From Hyaloraphidium curvatum SAG 235-1 (taxonomy: Eukaryota; Fungi; Monoblepharomycota), in contig JAIVFI010000029.1 of NCBI GenBank assembly GCA_025558095.1, positions 372,001 through 436,000 of the forward strand: 64,000 nucleotides of DNA, in the 5' to 3' direction. Under the pieces are notes generated by a model. It had not been told where the DNA came from and did not search any database. It worked only from the letters and a program-made list of their open reading frames with translations. The position numbers and the translations under genes are program-made. The stretch's first letter is position 1. Every line of letters begins with the position of its first letter. Positions 22,868 to 35,248 of this stretch are shown piece by piece.

Positions 22868-24334
22868 ATGGCCTCGCACGGGGCCCGTTGGGACGCCCCG
22901 CGTTCCGCCTTTTATTCGGCGGACGGCGGGGCGGGCGCGTCTCCCGGCCTCGGGCTCGCCGCGCACCCGCCGCTGCCCGCACCCGACCCGTCCGGCCTGC
23001 CGCCCGCGCTGGGCGACGAGGCGCTCTTCGCCTTCGCACCACTGCACCTCTCGCCAAAGGCGTTGCTGCCGGTCGGCCACCAGCCGCCCCAGGCTCGCTC
23101 CCCCGCGTCGCTGGCATCCATCTCGCCGACCCTCTCCGCGGTCTCGGCTTCGCCCGGCTTCGGTGCGACCCGGACTTTGTTGCCGTCGCCCGGCCTCGGA
23201 CCTTCACCGGGCCTGGCCCCGTCTCCGCACATCGGCTCCTCCCCCTCGCTCGCCCCATCCCGAACGGGATCATCGGCCTCGAGCGCGACCCTCTACTCCC
23301 CCGTCACCTCGGCCACCCCGGCCCCGCGGATCCCCGGCGGTAGCAACATCGTCGCCAACAATGCAGCCGCCGGTAACGGGTGCCGCTTCTTCTCCGAGGG
23401 GCAGTGCAAGTTCGGCGAGGCGTGCCGCTTCGCGCACTCGCTGCCTGCCTACCGGCCCCACGACCCGCACGACCGCCCTCCCACCTACCCCGGCGCCCGT
23501 CCGCAATACCAGATGCCCATGGCGGCCGCGATGCCGCGCCACGCCCAGCCCCCGCCGGCGCTGGTCGCCGCGCAGCGCGCCGCCGACGAGCGGAACAGGC
23601 ACATGTTCGGCAAGCCCCCGCCGCAGCAGATCTACTTTGGGCGCAAGATCCAGAAGACCTGCCGCTTTTGGATGCGGGGCACCTGCAGGTCCGTCGATCG
23701 ATGTGCTGCACGCGTGGTTCCGATCTGATCTTTCCCCGCGATCGGCAGATTCGGCGACACCTGCCGCTACCTCCACGAGCACTCCCCCTCCGAGCCCGCG
23801 CGCATGACCCCCCGCGCCTTCCTCGCCCGTGAGGGCGGCATCGACCACTTCGTTCAGAGCCTGGACGAGCGCGAGAAGGAGCGCCTCCGCCGGCTCCTTG
23901 CTGCCGACGGCGCACAGGACTACCCCCAGCCCGAGCACGAGTACTCCCTCCGCCCCCTCCGCGGGCACGAACAACCCGAGCACGACTACCAGCTGCGCGC
24001 CCAGCGCGCCTCCGACGAGGCGTACCTCCGCGCCCTGGACGCCGATGCCGAGGCCCTCCTACAGCGCGCCGGCGCGGCCGAGTACCTCCAGCAGCGGGCC
24101 GAGGCCGCCGAGTACCTCCGCGCGCTGGACGCAGAGTACCTCCGTCCAGGGGAGGGCTACCTCGCACGGCAGGAGCTTCCCCCGCGCCGGCCCTCTTCGG
24201 ATGACCTGGAGCTTCCCGCGTCGTTCGCCGGGCTCGCCTTGTCTTCGGACGAGGCGGGCTCCGAGGGCTCGTCGCCGCTGCCGCCGGCCGAGGAGGGGCA
24301 CTGGGAGTGGACGCCCGAAGGGTGGGGCCGCTGA
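22868..24334 (+). CDS. Tandem CCCH zinc-finger protein
   Basis: CRFFSEGQCKFGEACRFAH and CRFWMRGTC|RFGDTCRYLH (intron ~23689-23748). Confidence 0.8.
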
Positions 24335-24930
24335 GGCGCCGCGGTTGGATACGGCACCGAGAGCAAGAGCACGACACCATAGAGATCATGTAGCCTGGGA
24401 CGAAAGCGTGTAGCGCATTTTCTTTGTACGTTTTGTAGGAATTGAAGATCTTGTTTGAAGAAGCCCGGGAGACTGATCGTGAAGGCGCAGGCCGACATAC
24501 GGGTCCGGCCGGGCGAAATTGCATTCACGGACAACTTGGCAATGCAGATGGTACGCTTTTGGAGGGATCGTGTCCCAATTCGCGGCTGACGCCTCCAAGG
24601 AGAACCGATATAAACCAACTTGAGCCATAGAAACGATCTACTAAAACGAAATGCACACAGACATCACACAGTCATCACGGCTCTGCTCTCCTTTGGGTTT
24701 TGTCGACCTCCGGCCCGCAGCCGGGAAGCCTCACTTTCGGCCGTCTCGATCGCATCTCGGAATCTCTGTCCCGTGTCGGTGCGGAGTCCGTGGGCGAGCT
24801 CGGAGCTCGCTGCTCGGAGCCCGACGAGAGGAAAGGGGGAAAGGAGGAGGTGGATCGCGGGCAGGGGCGCTGGGCCACGAGCGCAGAGTCCGAGAGGCTG
24901 GCCCCGTCGCGGCCCACGTCTGTCAGCGGT

Positions 24931-25790
24931 TCACTGCGCGCCAGCCTTGATCTTGGCCACGCGTTTGCATTCGACTTGTGCAGTGGCAAGTCCTCGGCCT
25001 GGCACGTGGGCGAGCAGTGAAAGGCATGCTTGCACCTCCCGCACCTGCGCAGGACAACCCCGTCCGGGGCAGGCTTCCTGCAGCAGCGCATGCACCCAGG
25101 CGCCCAGTCTTTGGCTCCGGTGGCGAAGGCCTTGAGCTCGCGCTTCAGCATCTTCTCGAGCTGCGGCGTGCAGTGCCCGCAGACCGGCACCGCCACGAGG
25201 TATCCTTGGCCGAGGGAGGGGTCGACGAGGGTGTACTTGACGTTGGTCGACGGGCTGGGGCAGAGCACGCAGTTGCGCCGCCTTTTGGCCAGCTTTTCGT
25301 CCATCGCCGCGCAGTACTTGAGGGTCCAGTTGTGGAAGAAGGCAGAAAGCACGTCCTCCGGCGAAGCAGCGACGTTCGAGCCCGTCCTGAGGTCTCTCGC
25401 GTCCGGAACCATCAACGTGACAAGCTCCGGCTCGATCGCGAACAAAATGCCGTCCGCACTGCTGGTTACCGCAGTCGCGATTGACCAGCTGAGCTTGTGC
25501 CGAGGGACCGAAGCGTTCTCGAAGGGCGCGATCGGCGTCCACGTCCGTTTGCCGTTGGCGTCCTCCCACGAAGCCAGCGCCATGGTCCTCTCGGCCATGA
25601 TCTCGGCGGCCAGCTCGCACTCGCCGGCGCCGCCACAGTGCGGTACCACCGACGCGCAGACGGAGACCTTGTAGCTTCTCAGGAGACAAGAGACATTGTC
25701 GACGATGTGGAACTCGGTGCCGAACCGGCCGACGGCGTAGCGCACTTCGCCGGTGGCCGATGGGGCCCCAGCAAGAGCTTTCGAGAAGCG
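24931..25790 (-). pseudogene. MYND zinc-finger protein with a frameshift in the last Zn ligand (pseudogene or sequence error)
   Basis: CMRC...LRRCGRCKHAFHCSPTCQAEDLPLHK, then the frame changes; ECKRVAKIKAGAQ* lies in another frame. Confidence 0.6.
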
Positions 25791-26658
25791 GCTGCACTGG
25801 AACTGTAAAAGATGGGAGATGGCATGCGCGTCTTTGGATCAAGCTTTCAAGTACGGGCGATGGCGTCGATGACCGCCCGCACGAGAGGAGCCTCGCTGCC
25901 GGCGGCGGCGAGGTGCGCAGCGACCGTGACCTCGGCGTCGGAGCCGACGAAGTTCTGGAAAACACCGCCCCCGCCTTCGACCCTCGGCTGCCAAATTCTG
26001 CGCGGTGGGCTCCTCGGGGGCGGGGGAAGCGCGGGCCGAGGCGGGAGCGGGGAGCGCGGCAGCGGCGCCGTCCACGGGGGTGCGAGACATCGCGGCGGCG
26101 GGAGAGGAGAGGACGGCGAGAATGCGATGCAGAGAGCGCCGGCGACGGCACCGGCGGGCACGCAGGGGGCCGGAGATTCGAAGGCTCGACGCGGTCGCGT
26201 TCAACAGGATAACACTCCGGTAGCGTCGGAGTCTATCCCCGGCCTGCTTCGCGATGGCGCGCTCGATCGGCCGTGCCGCGGCGGGCAGATGGAACTTGAT
26301 GCTGCGATGCCGCGATCACATGTGCGCGCACATCGTCTTCAAAGACCTCGGAAGCGGACGACCCCACGACGGGCGAAAGGCGGCCCGGACATTGCATTCG
26401 GTCGCGATAGCGGGCTCGGCGTGGTGCCGCGTGACGGGCCCTGCGGAGCGGTGTTTGGCAGGGCCGCGTACCGGCGCTGGTGGACGGGGGACGCGGACTT
26501 CGGACGGCATTCTGGAGCACGGGCTCGCGCGGCTCGGAAGCTCCGTCTCGCCGTTCTTTGAGATATTTTGAGGCCTTGGTCCACTGCGGGGTCTACTTGA
26601 GTTGGTTGGGCCGAATCAAGGGCGCATTGGTAGCTTGGACTGCGAAGCACCATCGGCC

Positions 26659-28016
26659 ATGGAGAACCGCAGGGACAAGACGGCGGGGCACGCCGGAGGC
26701 GTTTCTACCGCGAACGGTGCAGCTTCTGCAGCGACGAAGCAGAGGCTCATCTCGTGGGTGTCCTTCCGAGCCGCGACGGTGCGCCGCGATGGTGCAGGAG
26801 CTAAACAGTCGTGCAGCCCGGCCTGACAGTCGTCGGAAACGACCCTTCGTTCGTGCACAAGACCAGCGTGCGAGTGCTCGACGACGGCAGGGTGTTCATC
26901 GGAGCCACGTCGATTGGTCGGTTGTGCTTCTGATTTGGCAATAGCTTTGTTTGGTCTGACCTTTTCGCGGCAGCTTCGGATCCGCAGGCATGCATCGTCG
27001 CCACCCAGAACCACTCGTTCCAGTTCTTTTGCGTCGGGGTGTACAGGATGATCATGCATGTCCCCAGCGCCGACGATTGGAACGTGCTGCACGGAGCGCT
27101 GAAGAAGCTGGGGTTCAACGTCGTCGTCATCGGCGGATCGAACCCGTCGAATGCGGCATCGAGCTCCGCAGCGGGGGCGCCGGCGACGAGCACGGGGACC
27201 AGCGGCGTTGCAGATTCCTCCAGCGGAGCGGCCCCGTCGAAGATAGCCCAGAAGGCCAAGCGGGATGAGCCAACTAGCGCCATCAGTCTCGCCCGCTCGC
27301 AGAACCGGACGTCGAGTACCTCGCAGGACTTGGAAGAGAACCCGCCGCCAGACGCTTCGAATGTGCACCATGGCAACCTCGGTGCCCTCGTCGCGGAAGA
27401 CCCCCTGTCGCAGCCGAAGCGGAAACCCCGTCGCACCCGAGAAGTGGACAGCCTCCGTTCCGGCACAACGTCAGGGCCAAAACAGCTGCCAAAACTCGCA
27501 GCAGCCTCGGATGCGGTAGCTCGGGCTCTTGTGGAAGGCGCGTCGCTGCCCACGAGGGTGCGAAGCGGTGACGAGAGTGCTGCTTCGGCCGTTCCGCCGC
27601 TGTGCATGACCCGTCGCGAGGACGGCCTGCCGCTGCGGGCACTTCGTGATGCAGAACCTGGGGAGACGGTGACCATCTGCATTGACGGGCTCATGGAAGC
27701 CTTCGGCCCTGCTGTGGAATGTTACGACGCCTACGACGAGATCGGCATCCAGAGATCTGTGCCGTGGGAGAACGTCAAGAGCGAAGCTGGACAGGGCCAG
27801 TTGGTGGAGCGAATTGCAACGCATGCCTCCGAGGCCATCGGCCGCCTTCCTTGCGTGAAGAAGTCATACTACGATGGGACGAAAACGTTCTTTTGCTTTG
27901 GACATGGAGTGAAGAAGAAGGGGGTCGTAACGACTCTCCACGAGACGGGCATCGCAGTTGGCACCGGACCGATTCCCGAGGACCCTTTGCCCGAGCCGCA
28001 GCGGTCTCTTCGTTGA
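26659..28016 (+). CDS. Hypothetical protein: putative PH-like N-terminal domain, low-complexity linker and conserved C-terminal domain X
   Basis: Two probable introns 5' of ORF 27039; the C-terminal ~150 aa closely match the minus-strand copy at 31595-32063. Confidence 0.55.
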
Positions 28017-28425
28017 ACGCACTGAACGCCTGCGTGGACATTTCATCGGGGTTTAGCGATGTTTGTGGCTGGTTTTGAGGCCTTGATCACCCGCCCGCTA
28101 CGACGGCAACCCACCCCAACTTTGTTCGTGGGAGCGCCAAAGCTGTGCAACGTTGGAAGACGGATGTGACCATGGCAATGCGGCAGCCAATGTTTTGAGA
28201 ACGGAGGCCTGGATGGAAGAGACGGTGCCGGACCGTCAGGGTCAAGACATCCTCGTCTACACCAGGCATGAAGAGGGATGGGACGAAGGACGACCCACAA
28301 TTGTCACTAGGTTCGAGGCAACATCATCGTGGATCATCGTAGCGAAACCGGTGTAGCGCAGGATCTTCGTGCAAGCGCCTCCGATACCAGAATCCGTCCG
28401 CCGTGCTCCGCATCGCTCCGCCAAC

Positions 28426-29283
28426 ATGCCCCGCCTTCTAATCACCGGAGCCTCCGGCCAAGTGGGAAGCGCGGTCCTCGACGCGCTCGCGTCATCGGCA
28501 CCGCCGGACGTCGAGGTCCTGCGCGCCGGACGCGCCGCCGGACCGGGAACGCGCGTTCTCGACTTTGAGGACGCGTCGACGTGGCCGCCGGCCCTGGAAG
28601 GCGTGTCGGGTGTCTTTCTTCTCCGACCGCCGCATCTGGCGGACGTTCCCAAGATCTTTGCTCCCTTCATTCGGGCCTGCGAGGATGCCGGGGTGGAGCA
28701 CGTGGTGTTCCTCTCTGTGCAGGGCGCGGAGAACAGCCCGCGGATCCCGCACCACGGGATCGAGGAGGCCCTCAGGAGCAGCAATCTGAAATGGACTTTC
28801 GTGCGGCCGGCTTACTTTGATGAGAACTTGACGTCGCAGTTCCGCAATGAGATTCGGGACGAGAGCTCGATCACGTTGCCGTCAGGCCGCGCGTTGTTCA
28901 ACTGGGTGGACGCTGCTGATGTCGGCGCCATGGCGGCGTACGCGTTGCTCCACCCCGGCGAGTCGGCGGCAAAAGCATGGATCGTATCAGGCCCGGAGAA
29001 CCTGGATTTTAGCGAGGTATGCCGGAGATTGTCGGCTGTCCTCGGACGGACGGTCTCGTTCCACAACGTGAACCCCGTGTGGTACGCGTGGCGGCTTTGG
29101 CGCAAAGGGACGTCGTTGAGCTTCATTCAGGTGATGCTGATGCTCCACTTTCTGCCGCGCTTCTTCCCCGAGCCCGAAATCTCGGACGATTTCTTGCGTG
29201 TGCTGGGGCGAGCCCCTAACCCCCTCGATCGGTTCCTGGAGGAGAACAAGGGTCTGTGGATGGATCAACGCGTGGATCATTGA
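28426..29283 (+). CDS. NmrA-like/atypical SDR NAD(P)-binding protein, intronless
   Basis: LLITGASGQVG, GVSGVFLLRPP, HVVFLSVQGA, IPHHGIE, WTFVRPAYFDENL, WVDAADVG. Confidence 0.9.
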   Translation: MPRLLITGASGQVGSAVLDALASSAPPDVEVLRAGRAAGPGTRVLDFEDASTWPPALEGVSGVFLLRPPHLADVPKIFAPFIRACEDAGVEHVVFLSVQGAENSPRIPHHGIEEALRSSNLKWTFVRPAYFDENLTSQFRNEIRDESSITLPSGRALFNWVDAADVGAMAAYALLHPGESAAKAWIVSGPENLDFSEVCRRLSAVLGRTVSFHNVNPVWYAWRLWRKGTSLSFIQVMLMLHFLPRFFPEPEISDDFLRVLGRAPNPLDRFLEENKGLWMDQRVDH

Positions 29284-29299
29284 CCATCCAGCGGAGACT

Positions 29300-29870
29300 C
29301 AGCTCGAGGTGAGCCGGGTCCTTAGCACGGATGTTTCGGTCGAGGCCGGACGGCTCTCCAATCCGCCACATAGCGTGCTTTAATACTTGGGACATCTTTG
29401 GACACATGGCGCCGTCGGGAAATCGCCCGGCGGCAACCTTTCCGTGTACGTGCTGCTCGACTTTGACGGCCCATGTTCGACGGGAGCCCCGACTTGGATG
29501 CCATCTGCCGTTTCACTTCATTCGAGCCTGCAGTCGGATTCATCACATCGCAGCGCGCCGCGACGGGGAATCGGCGGAGCGGTTGCCCTTGCCGCGGAGG
29601 TGAGGCTCGACTTGATGGCTCATGTTGGAGCGGCACCCTGACCTTGCTGTCATCAGCTATTCCACTTGATTTGACGCCTGCAGTTGGAGTCGGCACATGG
29701 GAGCTCGGCGCGGGGGAGAATCGGTGGAGCGGCAGCGCTTGCCGCGGAGGGAGCCAGGACCTTAGCAGTTTCGATCGAGGCCTGACGGCTCTCCGATCCT
29801 CCACGTGGTGTGCTTCAATACTTGGGACATCTTTGGACACATGGCGGCGCCGCGCCGGCGGGAAACCGCC
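29300..29870. repeat. Degenerate ~150-bp tandem array with A-B-B'-A' order
   Basis: 30-nt exact direct repeat at 29382-29411 and 29817-29846; B units start GCTCGACTT at 29455 and 29605. Confidence 0.75.
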
Positions 29871-29973
29871 TGATCCGCCGGCGATCTCGGACGACTTTGC
29901 TCGCATCATGGGCAGGCTTCCACGGACTTTGGATCAGTTCCTCGAGGCTAATAGGACAGCATGGACGGCATAG
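29869..29973 (+). pseudogene. Orphan C-terminal fragment of a second NmrA paralog
   Basis: PDPPAISDDFARIMGRLPRTLDQFLEANRTAW* aligns with PEPEISDDFLRVLGRAPNPLDRFLEENKGLW of the upstream gene. Confidence 0.7.
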
Positions 29974-30083
29974 AGACTAGAAATATCTCTGTCCCAATTT
30001 GCTACGAAAACAATGCTGAGCTGAACGAACGAGACCCGGCGTCCACGAGGATCCGGAGCCATTTCATATCCCGATACAGCTCA

Positions 30084-31361
30084 AATCCGCGGAAGCCAAT
30101 CGCATCGTCGGTTCCATAGCACGCCGAAACGAAGAACGATGTGACTAAACCGGACCGATGGCCCGCAGCATGCCAAGCTGCAGAAGCTATCGGAGGACCA
30201 AGTTCCAGTGCCGTCCTGTTGCCTCTCCAACGCGAATCCGCCGAAGCCGATCGCATCGTCGGTCCCATAGCACGCCGAAACGAAGAACGATGTGACTAAA
30301 CCGGACCGGTGGCCCGCAGCATGCCAAGCTGCAGAAGCTATCGGAGGACCAAGTTCCAGTGCCGTCCTGTTGCCTCTCCAACGCGAATCCGCCGAAGCCG
30401 ATCGCATCGTCGGTCCCATAGCACGCCGAAACGAAGAACGATGTGACTAAACCGGACCGATGGCCCGCAGCATGCCAAGCTGCAGAAGCTCTTGGAGGAC
30501 CAAGTTCCAGTGCCGTCCTGTTGCCTCTCCAACGCGAATCCGCCGAAGCCGATCGCATCGTCGGTCCCATAGCACGCCGAAACGAAGAACGATGTGACTA
30601 AACCGGACCGATGGCCCGCAGCATGCCAAGCTGCAGAAGCTATCGGAGGACCAAGTTCCAGTGCCGTCCTGTTGCCTCTCCAACGCGAATCCGCCGAAGC
30701 CGATCGCATCGTCGGTCCCATAGCACGCCGAAACGAAGAACGATGTGACTAAACCGGACCGATGGCCCGCAGCATGCCAAGCTGCAGAAGCTATCGGAGG
30801 ACCAAGTTCCAGTGCCGTCCTGTTGCCTCTCCAACGCGAATCCGCCGAAGCCGATCGCATCGTCGGTCCCATAGCACGCCGAAACGAAGAACGATGTGAC
30901 TAAACTGGACCGATGGCCCGCAGCATGCCAAGCTGCAGAAGCTCTTGGAGGACCAAGTTCCAGTGCCGTCCTGTTGCCTCTCCAACGCGAATCCGCCGAA
31001 GCCGATCGCATCGTCGGTCCCATAGCACGCCGAAACGAAGAACGATGTGACTAAACTGGACCGATGGCCCGCAGCATGCCAAGCTGCAGAAGCTCTTGGA
31101 GGACCAAGTTCCAGTTCCGTCTTGTTGCCTCTCCAACGCGAATCCGCGGAAGCCAATCGCATGGTCGGTCCCATAGCACGCCGAAAAGTAGGCCGGTGTG
31201 ACTGAACCGGACCGAGGACCCGTCGCATGCTGAGCTGCAGAAGCTATCGGGAGGCCAAGTTCCAGTGCCGTCCTGTTGTGCCTCCAACGCGAATCCGCGG
31301 AAACCAATCACATCGTCGGTTCCATAGCACGCCGAAACGAAGAAACGTGTGCATGACTAAA
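30084..31361. repeat. 151-bp tandem repeat, ~8.5 copies
   Basis: Units start AATCCGC at 30084, 30235, 30386, 30537, 30688, 30839, 30990, 31141 and 31292; the central copies are nearly identical. Confidence 0.97.
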
Positions 31362-31572
31362 CTTCTTTGCTATCAGGGCAAGGCGTTGCCTGTCGAAGTT
31401 CCGCGGCCGGCGCGATTCGACGCGATCGTACACTATTAGCCTTCTATTAGTCGTAGCCTCCCTCACATCATGAAGGAGACGACGATCCCGGGGCGATGTA
31501 TGCTTCTTCCCCACTTCCTGCGAAATCAAGGAGTTTTATCTGCTTCGTGCCGGAGTACATCCGCTGTCCATC

Positions 31573-34500
31573 TTAAACCGAACCTCCCTGAAGTGTGGTA
31601 ACAACCCCCTTCCTCTTCACCCCATGCCCGAAGCAGAAGAAGGTCTTCGTTCCATCGTAGTAGGACTTCTCCACGCAAGGAAGGCGGCCGATGGACTCGG
31701 CAGCATGCGTTGCCATTCGCTTTACCAGTTGGCCCTGTCCAGCTTCGCTCTTGACGTTCTTCCAAGGCAGCGATGACTCGGCTTTCTCGATTCTGATCTC
31801 GTCGTAGGCGTCGTAGAAGTCCACCGCAGGACCGAAAGCTTCCATAAGCCCGTCGATGCAAATGATCACCGTCTCCCCTGGTTCAGCTTCCCGAAGTGCT
31901 CTCAGTGGTGGGAGACCATCCTCGCGACAGGTCATGCACAGCGGTGGGGAAAGACAGTTCTGGATACGTCTTCGTGCTGCTCATCGCTTTGTGCTTCTCT
32001 GGACAGCGCCGTGCCTTCCACAAGAGTCCGAGCCAGGGCATCCGAAGCTGCTGCAAGTTTAGGAACCGGTTTTTTCCATGACTTGGCACCGGAATCACCA
32101 AAGATCTTCTTGTCTGCTGCAGCTCCGATGCGCGAAGGAAGCCGAAGCAGGTCGTCCTCGAGAGGATGATCGGCATCGAAGACCAAATGCATCTTTGGTT
32201 TCCGCGGTGCCCCTTTTCGCAGGTAACCAGCAACATCGTCCTCCGTCTTCACAACCTGGCGGCGGCGCGAGGTCACTTTGGGCAGCGGTAGAAGGTCCTC
32301 GGTGTCAAGCTCCGCGGGGTCCAAGTTCGTCGCCCGAGCGCTGCCGGTTCTTTTCGCAACCCCTCCGCGTCGTCCAGCGGTTCGGCCTCCTCGCACAGGC
32401 TTCAAAGACGCCGGTCCCGCGCTGGCCGCCCCTTTCCCAGGTTGCACCTCAGATTTCGGATCCGCACTGCCAGCGGCACCGAAGGTCGTCGGCGACAACG
32501 CGCTCTGGAGCACACCGCGACCGTGCACCTCCAGTCCTCCATCACCCGCAGTCAAATCCTCCGCATGCACTCCGTCGGTACCGTCGCACACAAAGCGATC
32601 GTCGAAAGAGTCGATTGCTGGCGCAGCTGCTGGTCTGGACAATGAAACGGTCAGCTCACGCCACTAACTTGACCATGACTAGACACACCGCACGAGCGCC
32701 ACTGCTTCGCGAGACTCTTCGACCTCAACTGGCTCTATCGCAGCTTTGAGCTGCCCGACCGCCTGACCGCGAGCCCGACGGCGCTGGTCTTGGACAAACT
32801 TGGGCAGCAGCTTCTCCTCCTCCTCCGTAATGGTGTTGTCTTTGGCGGCGACGCCGTAGAGGAAGGGATGCTGGAGCGCCTCCTCAGCGCTGAGCCGCTT
32901 CCACGGAAACAGATGCATTAGACCCTGTCGTTGAAGATCAGCATCAAGCCGACCTTTTCGGCAGCGGCTCGTTCCGACCTCCAAAAGCCCTCGTACGCCG
33001 CACGACGAGTCGTAGCCGCGCTCAAGCAGGAGTGCGTCGATGGCGGGAGGCTGCCCGCGAAGGCTCTCGAGGCAAGCAAACACTTCGAGTTGGAAGATTG
33101 GGTCCCTTTTCTTCAGCGAGTCTATCACGTAATCCTCGGCATCGCCGACAGGGGCACCGAACAGGCGGAAACAGTCCTTCAGAACATGTAGATCGGGGTC
33201 ACCTAGACATGGAAGTTTTGGTATCCCGACAGTCGTTGAAATGAGTGAAGCGTCTCACCTTGAACGAAACGCATATATCTCTTGCTTTCGTTGTTTTGGC
33301 TTCCTTCCTCTCTGTCCCTTTCTAGCATCCTCTCGTGTTCGTCTCTGAAATACTGGCCGACCTTGTACCCCGTGAGTAGGCGCACCAAAATTGTACCGGC
33401 GACATTGATGTCCGAGGCCGGCCCGTGGTCCGGGCAGAGCATCGCGGTCTCGAAAGACCGAAAGTACGCTGTGCCGATCTATGGGGATGTTGTGTCAGAA
33501 CCGGCGCCTGCCAGCGAGAGGAAGCCAACTCACCATCACAGTGCGCGTATCGGAATGAACGTCGGTTCTTCGAGCTAGGCCGAAGTCGCACACTCGAGCC
33601 CGACCATCGTGTATGAGGATGTTTCTGACAGCAAGTGGTCATTTTCGGTCATCCAATCCGGCGCTGCTCGGACTCACCTGGGCTTCAAGTCTCGGTGGGT
33701 CAACTTGCTCGCATGGACGGCGCCGATACCGAGAAGAATTTGCGACATCAGTTCCTGCAGCGCAGCGTCATTACTGTGTGATAGATGGCGAACACCCAAC
33801 ACCCTTACTTTCGCCAAGTCCGGAGGCAACCCCGACGGGAAATCTTTCAGGTAGATCTCCAGGTCGATCCCCTCGTTGCGCATGATGATCCATGCGTCAT
33901 CACTCAGCAGCTCGAACTCGTAAAGCGCCTGTACGTGTATGCTATCGTACGCACTGTCGACAATGCATCCATTTATCTTCTTGCCGATGACCTCCATGAA
34001 CCTGCAATTTGCAAAGCTATCAGTGAGGCACCATGCGAAGCTGCAATCCACGCACCGAACCAAATGAGGGTGCCCGGGGGGCAGGAAACGCACAACGATA
34101 GGCTCGCGCAAAACGCAGACCACGTCTCGATTCTGAAGGTGGGCTCTTTCGGGCGCCAGTGGCCCAAAGTAGCCCAGCTCTCCAGCAGTGCTCTTCAGCC
34201 TTTTCGCAACGAAGATGGATCCCTTGGGATGGCCCGCAATCGGAACGCGGCTCGCGACTTCGTAAACTGCGCCGTACGAGCCTTCACCGATCTCGCGCAG
34301 AATTTCGTAACGGTCTTCAAAGCCCACGTAGGTCCCGCGCGGGTGCGCTCGGGCAGGGCTCCCCGCGTTTGCATTCTCGAGGTGCCCCTCGACCGCAGCC
34401 GGAAGCGGGGGCAGGTCCAGGGGCTCCAAGATGCTCTGAACGCATTGCTGACGGTCGCCCCTCACTTTGGTGCCCGAGGAAATCACATTCGCAGACCGGG

Positions 34501-35194
34501 AAGCGGACGGCGCCGGTTCAAGTTGTCCGGGGCGAGGAACGTGGACGCCGAGTTCCATAGTAGCCTGCAGGTGCGCCGGAAGAGCGGGAAGGGGGTTCGA
34601 AAGCCAGGAATCGCGACGAGGCGGACCGTCACGATTGGCAACGGGGAGCTGCGACACAGGCCCTGGCGCTACCGGCACGTGCGGCGGCGGAGCAAGGTTC
34701 GGCGGCGGAGGAGAGGGGCTAGCTCCGGCGGCTAGCGCAGCAGAGCCAGGCGAAGCCGGCATCACGATACTCTGACTCGGTCGTCCAAAGGGCATCGCCG
34801 GCTGCCCTTGACGCTGCTGCGGCGAATGTGCCGTCGAGCTTGTCGGCGCCGCGACGAGCGCAGGATCGAGCTTGTCCGAAACAACGCTGTCCCAATAGCT
34901 CCTGTCCAGCCCAGCAGGCACAAAGGCACCGTTTCGGTGCTCATCCGACTGCAAGACCACCGGCGCGCTGTGAAAGCGGTCCGCGATGGGCACCGTTGGC
35001 GTCGCCGGCGGAGCGCCGGGCCCCGGCGACCCCGTGCCGTCAAGCTGCGCAGCGAACGACGACGACATCGCCGATGCTGGAGCCGCTGTCCGGTCGCTCC
35101 TGGTGGAACGCGGGTGTTGCGCTTCAGACTGTTGTTTACGGTCGTTGAGGCGAGGACGGAACACAAGAATGTCTCCCGAATCTCCTGCTTCCAT
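31573..35194 (-). CDS. CMGC-like Ser/Thr protein kinase with a long tail ending in domain X (frameshift near 31950)
   Basis: IGEGSYGAVY, VAKRL, HRDLKPR|NILI, VCDFGLAR, GTAYFRSFE, RLSAEEALQHPFL; a probable 54-nt intron joins it to ORF 31932-32642. Confidence 0.75.
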
Positions 35195-35248
35195 CTCCCC
35201 ATGAAGGATAAAACGTCAATTCAGCAGTCAACAGAATAAAGAGCTAAG

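Noticed and set aside
29600-29700. Homology between the degenerate array and the reverse complement of the 151-bp unit
   Set aside because: Only two short matches (GTTGGAG.GGCA and CTGCAG.TTGG) with inconsistent spacing
30084-31361. CRISPR array, 5S rRNA array or repeat-encoded protein
   Set aside because: No unique spacers or cas genes, no 5S similarity, and the 151-bp unit shifts frame and contains stops; the repeated ORFs are artefacts
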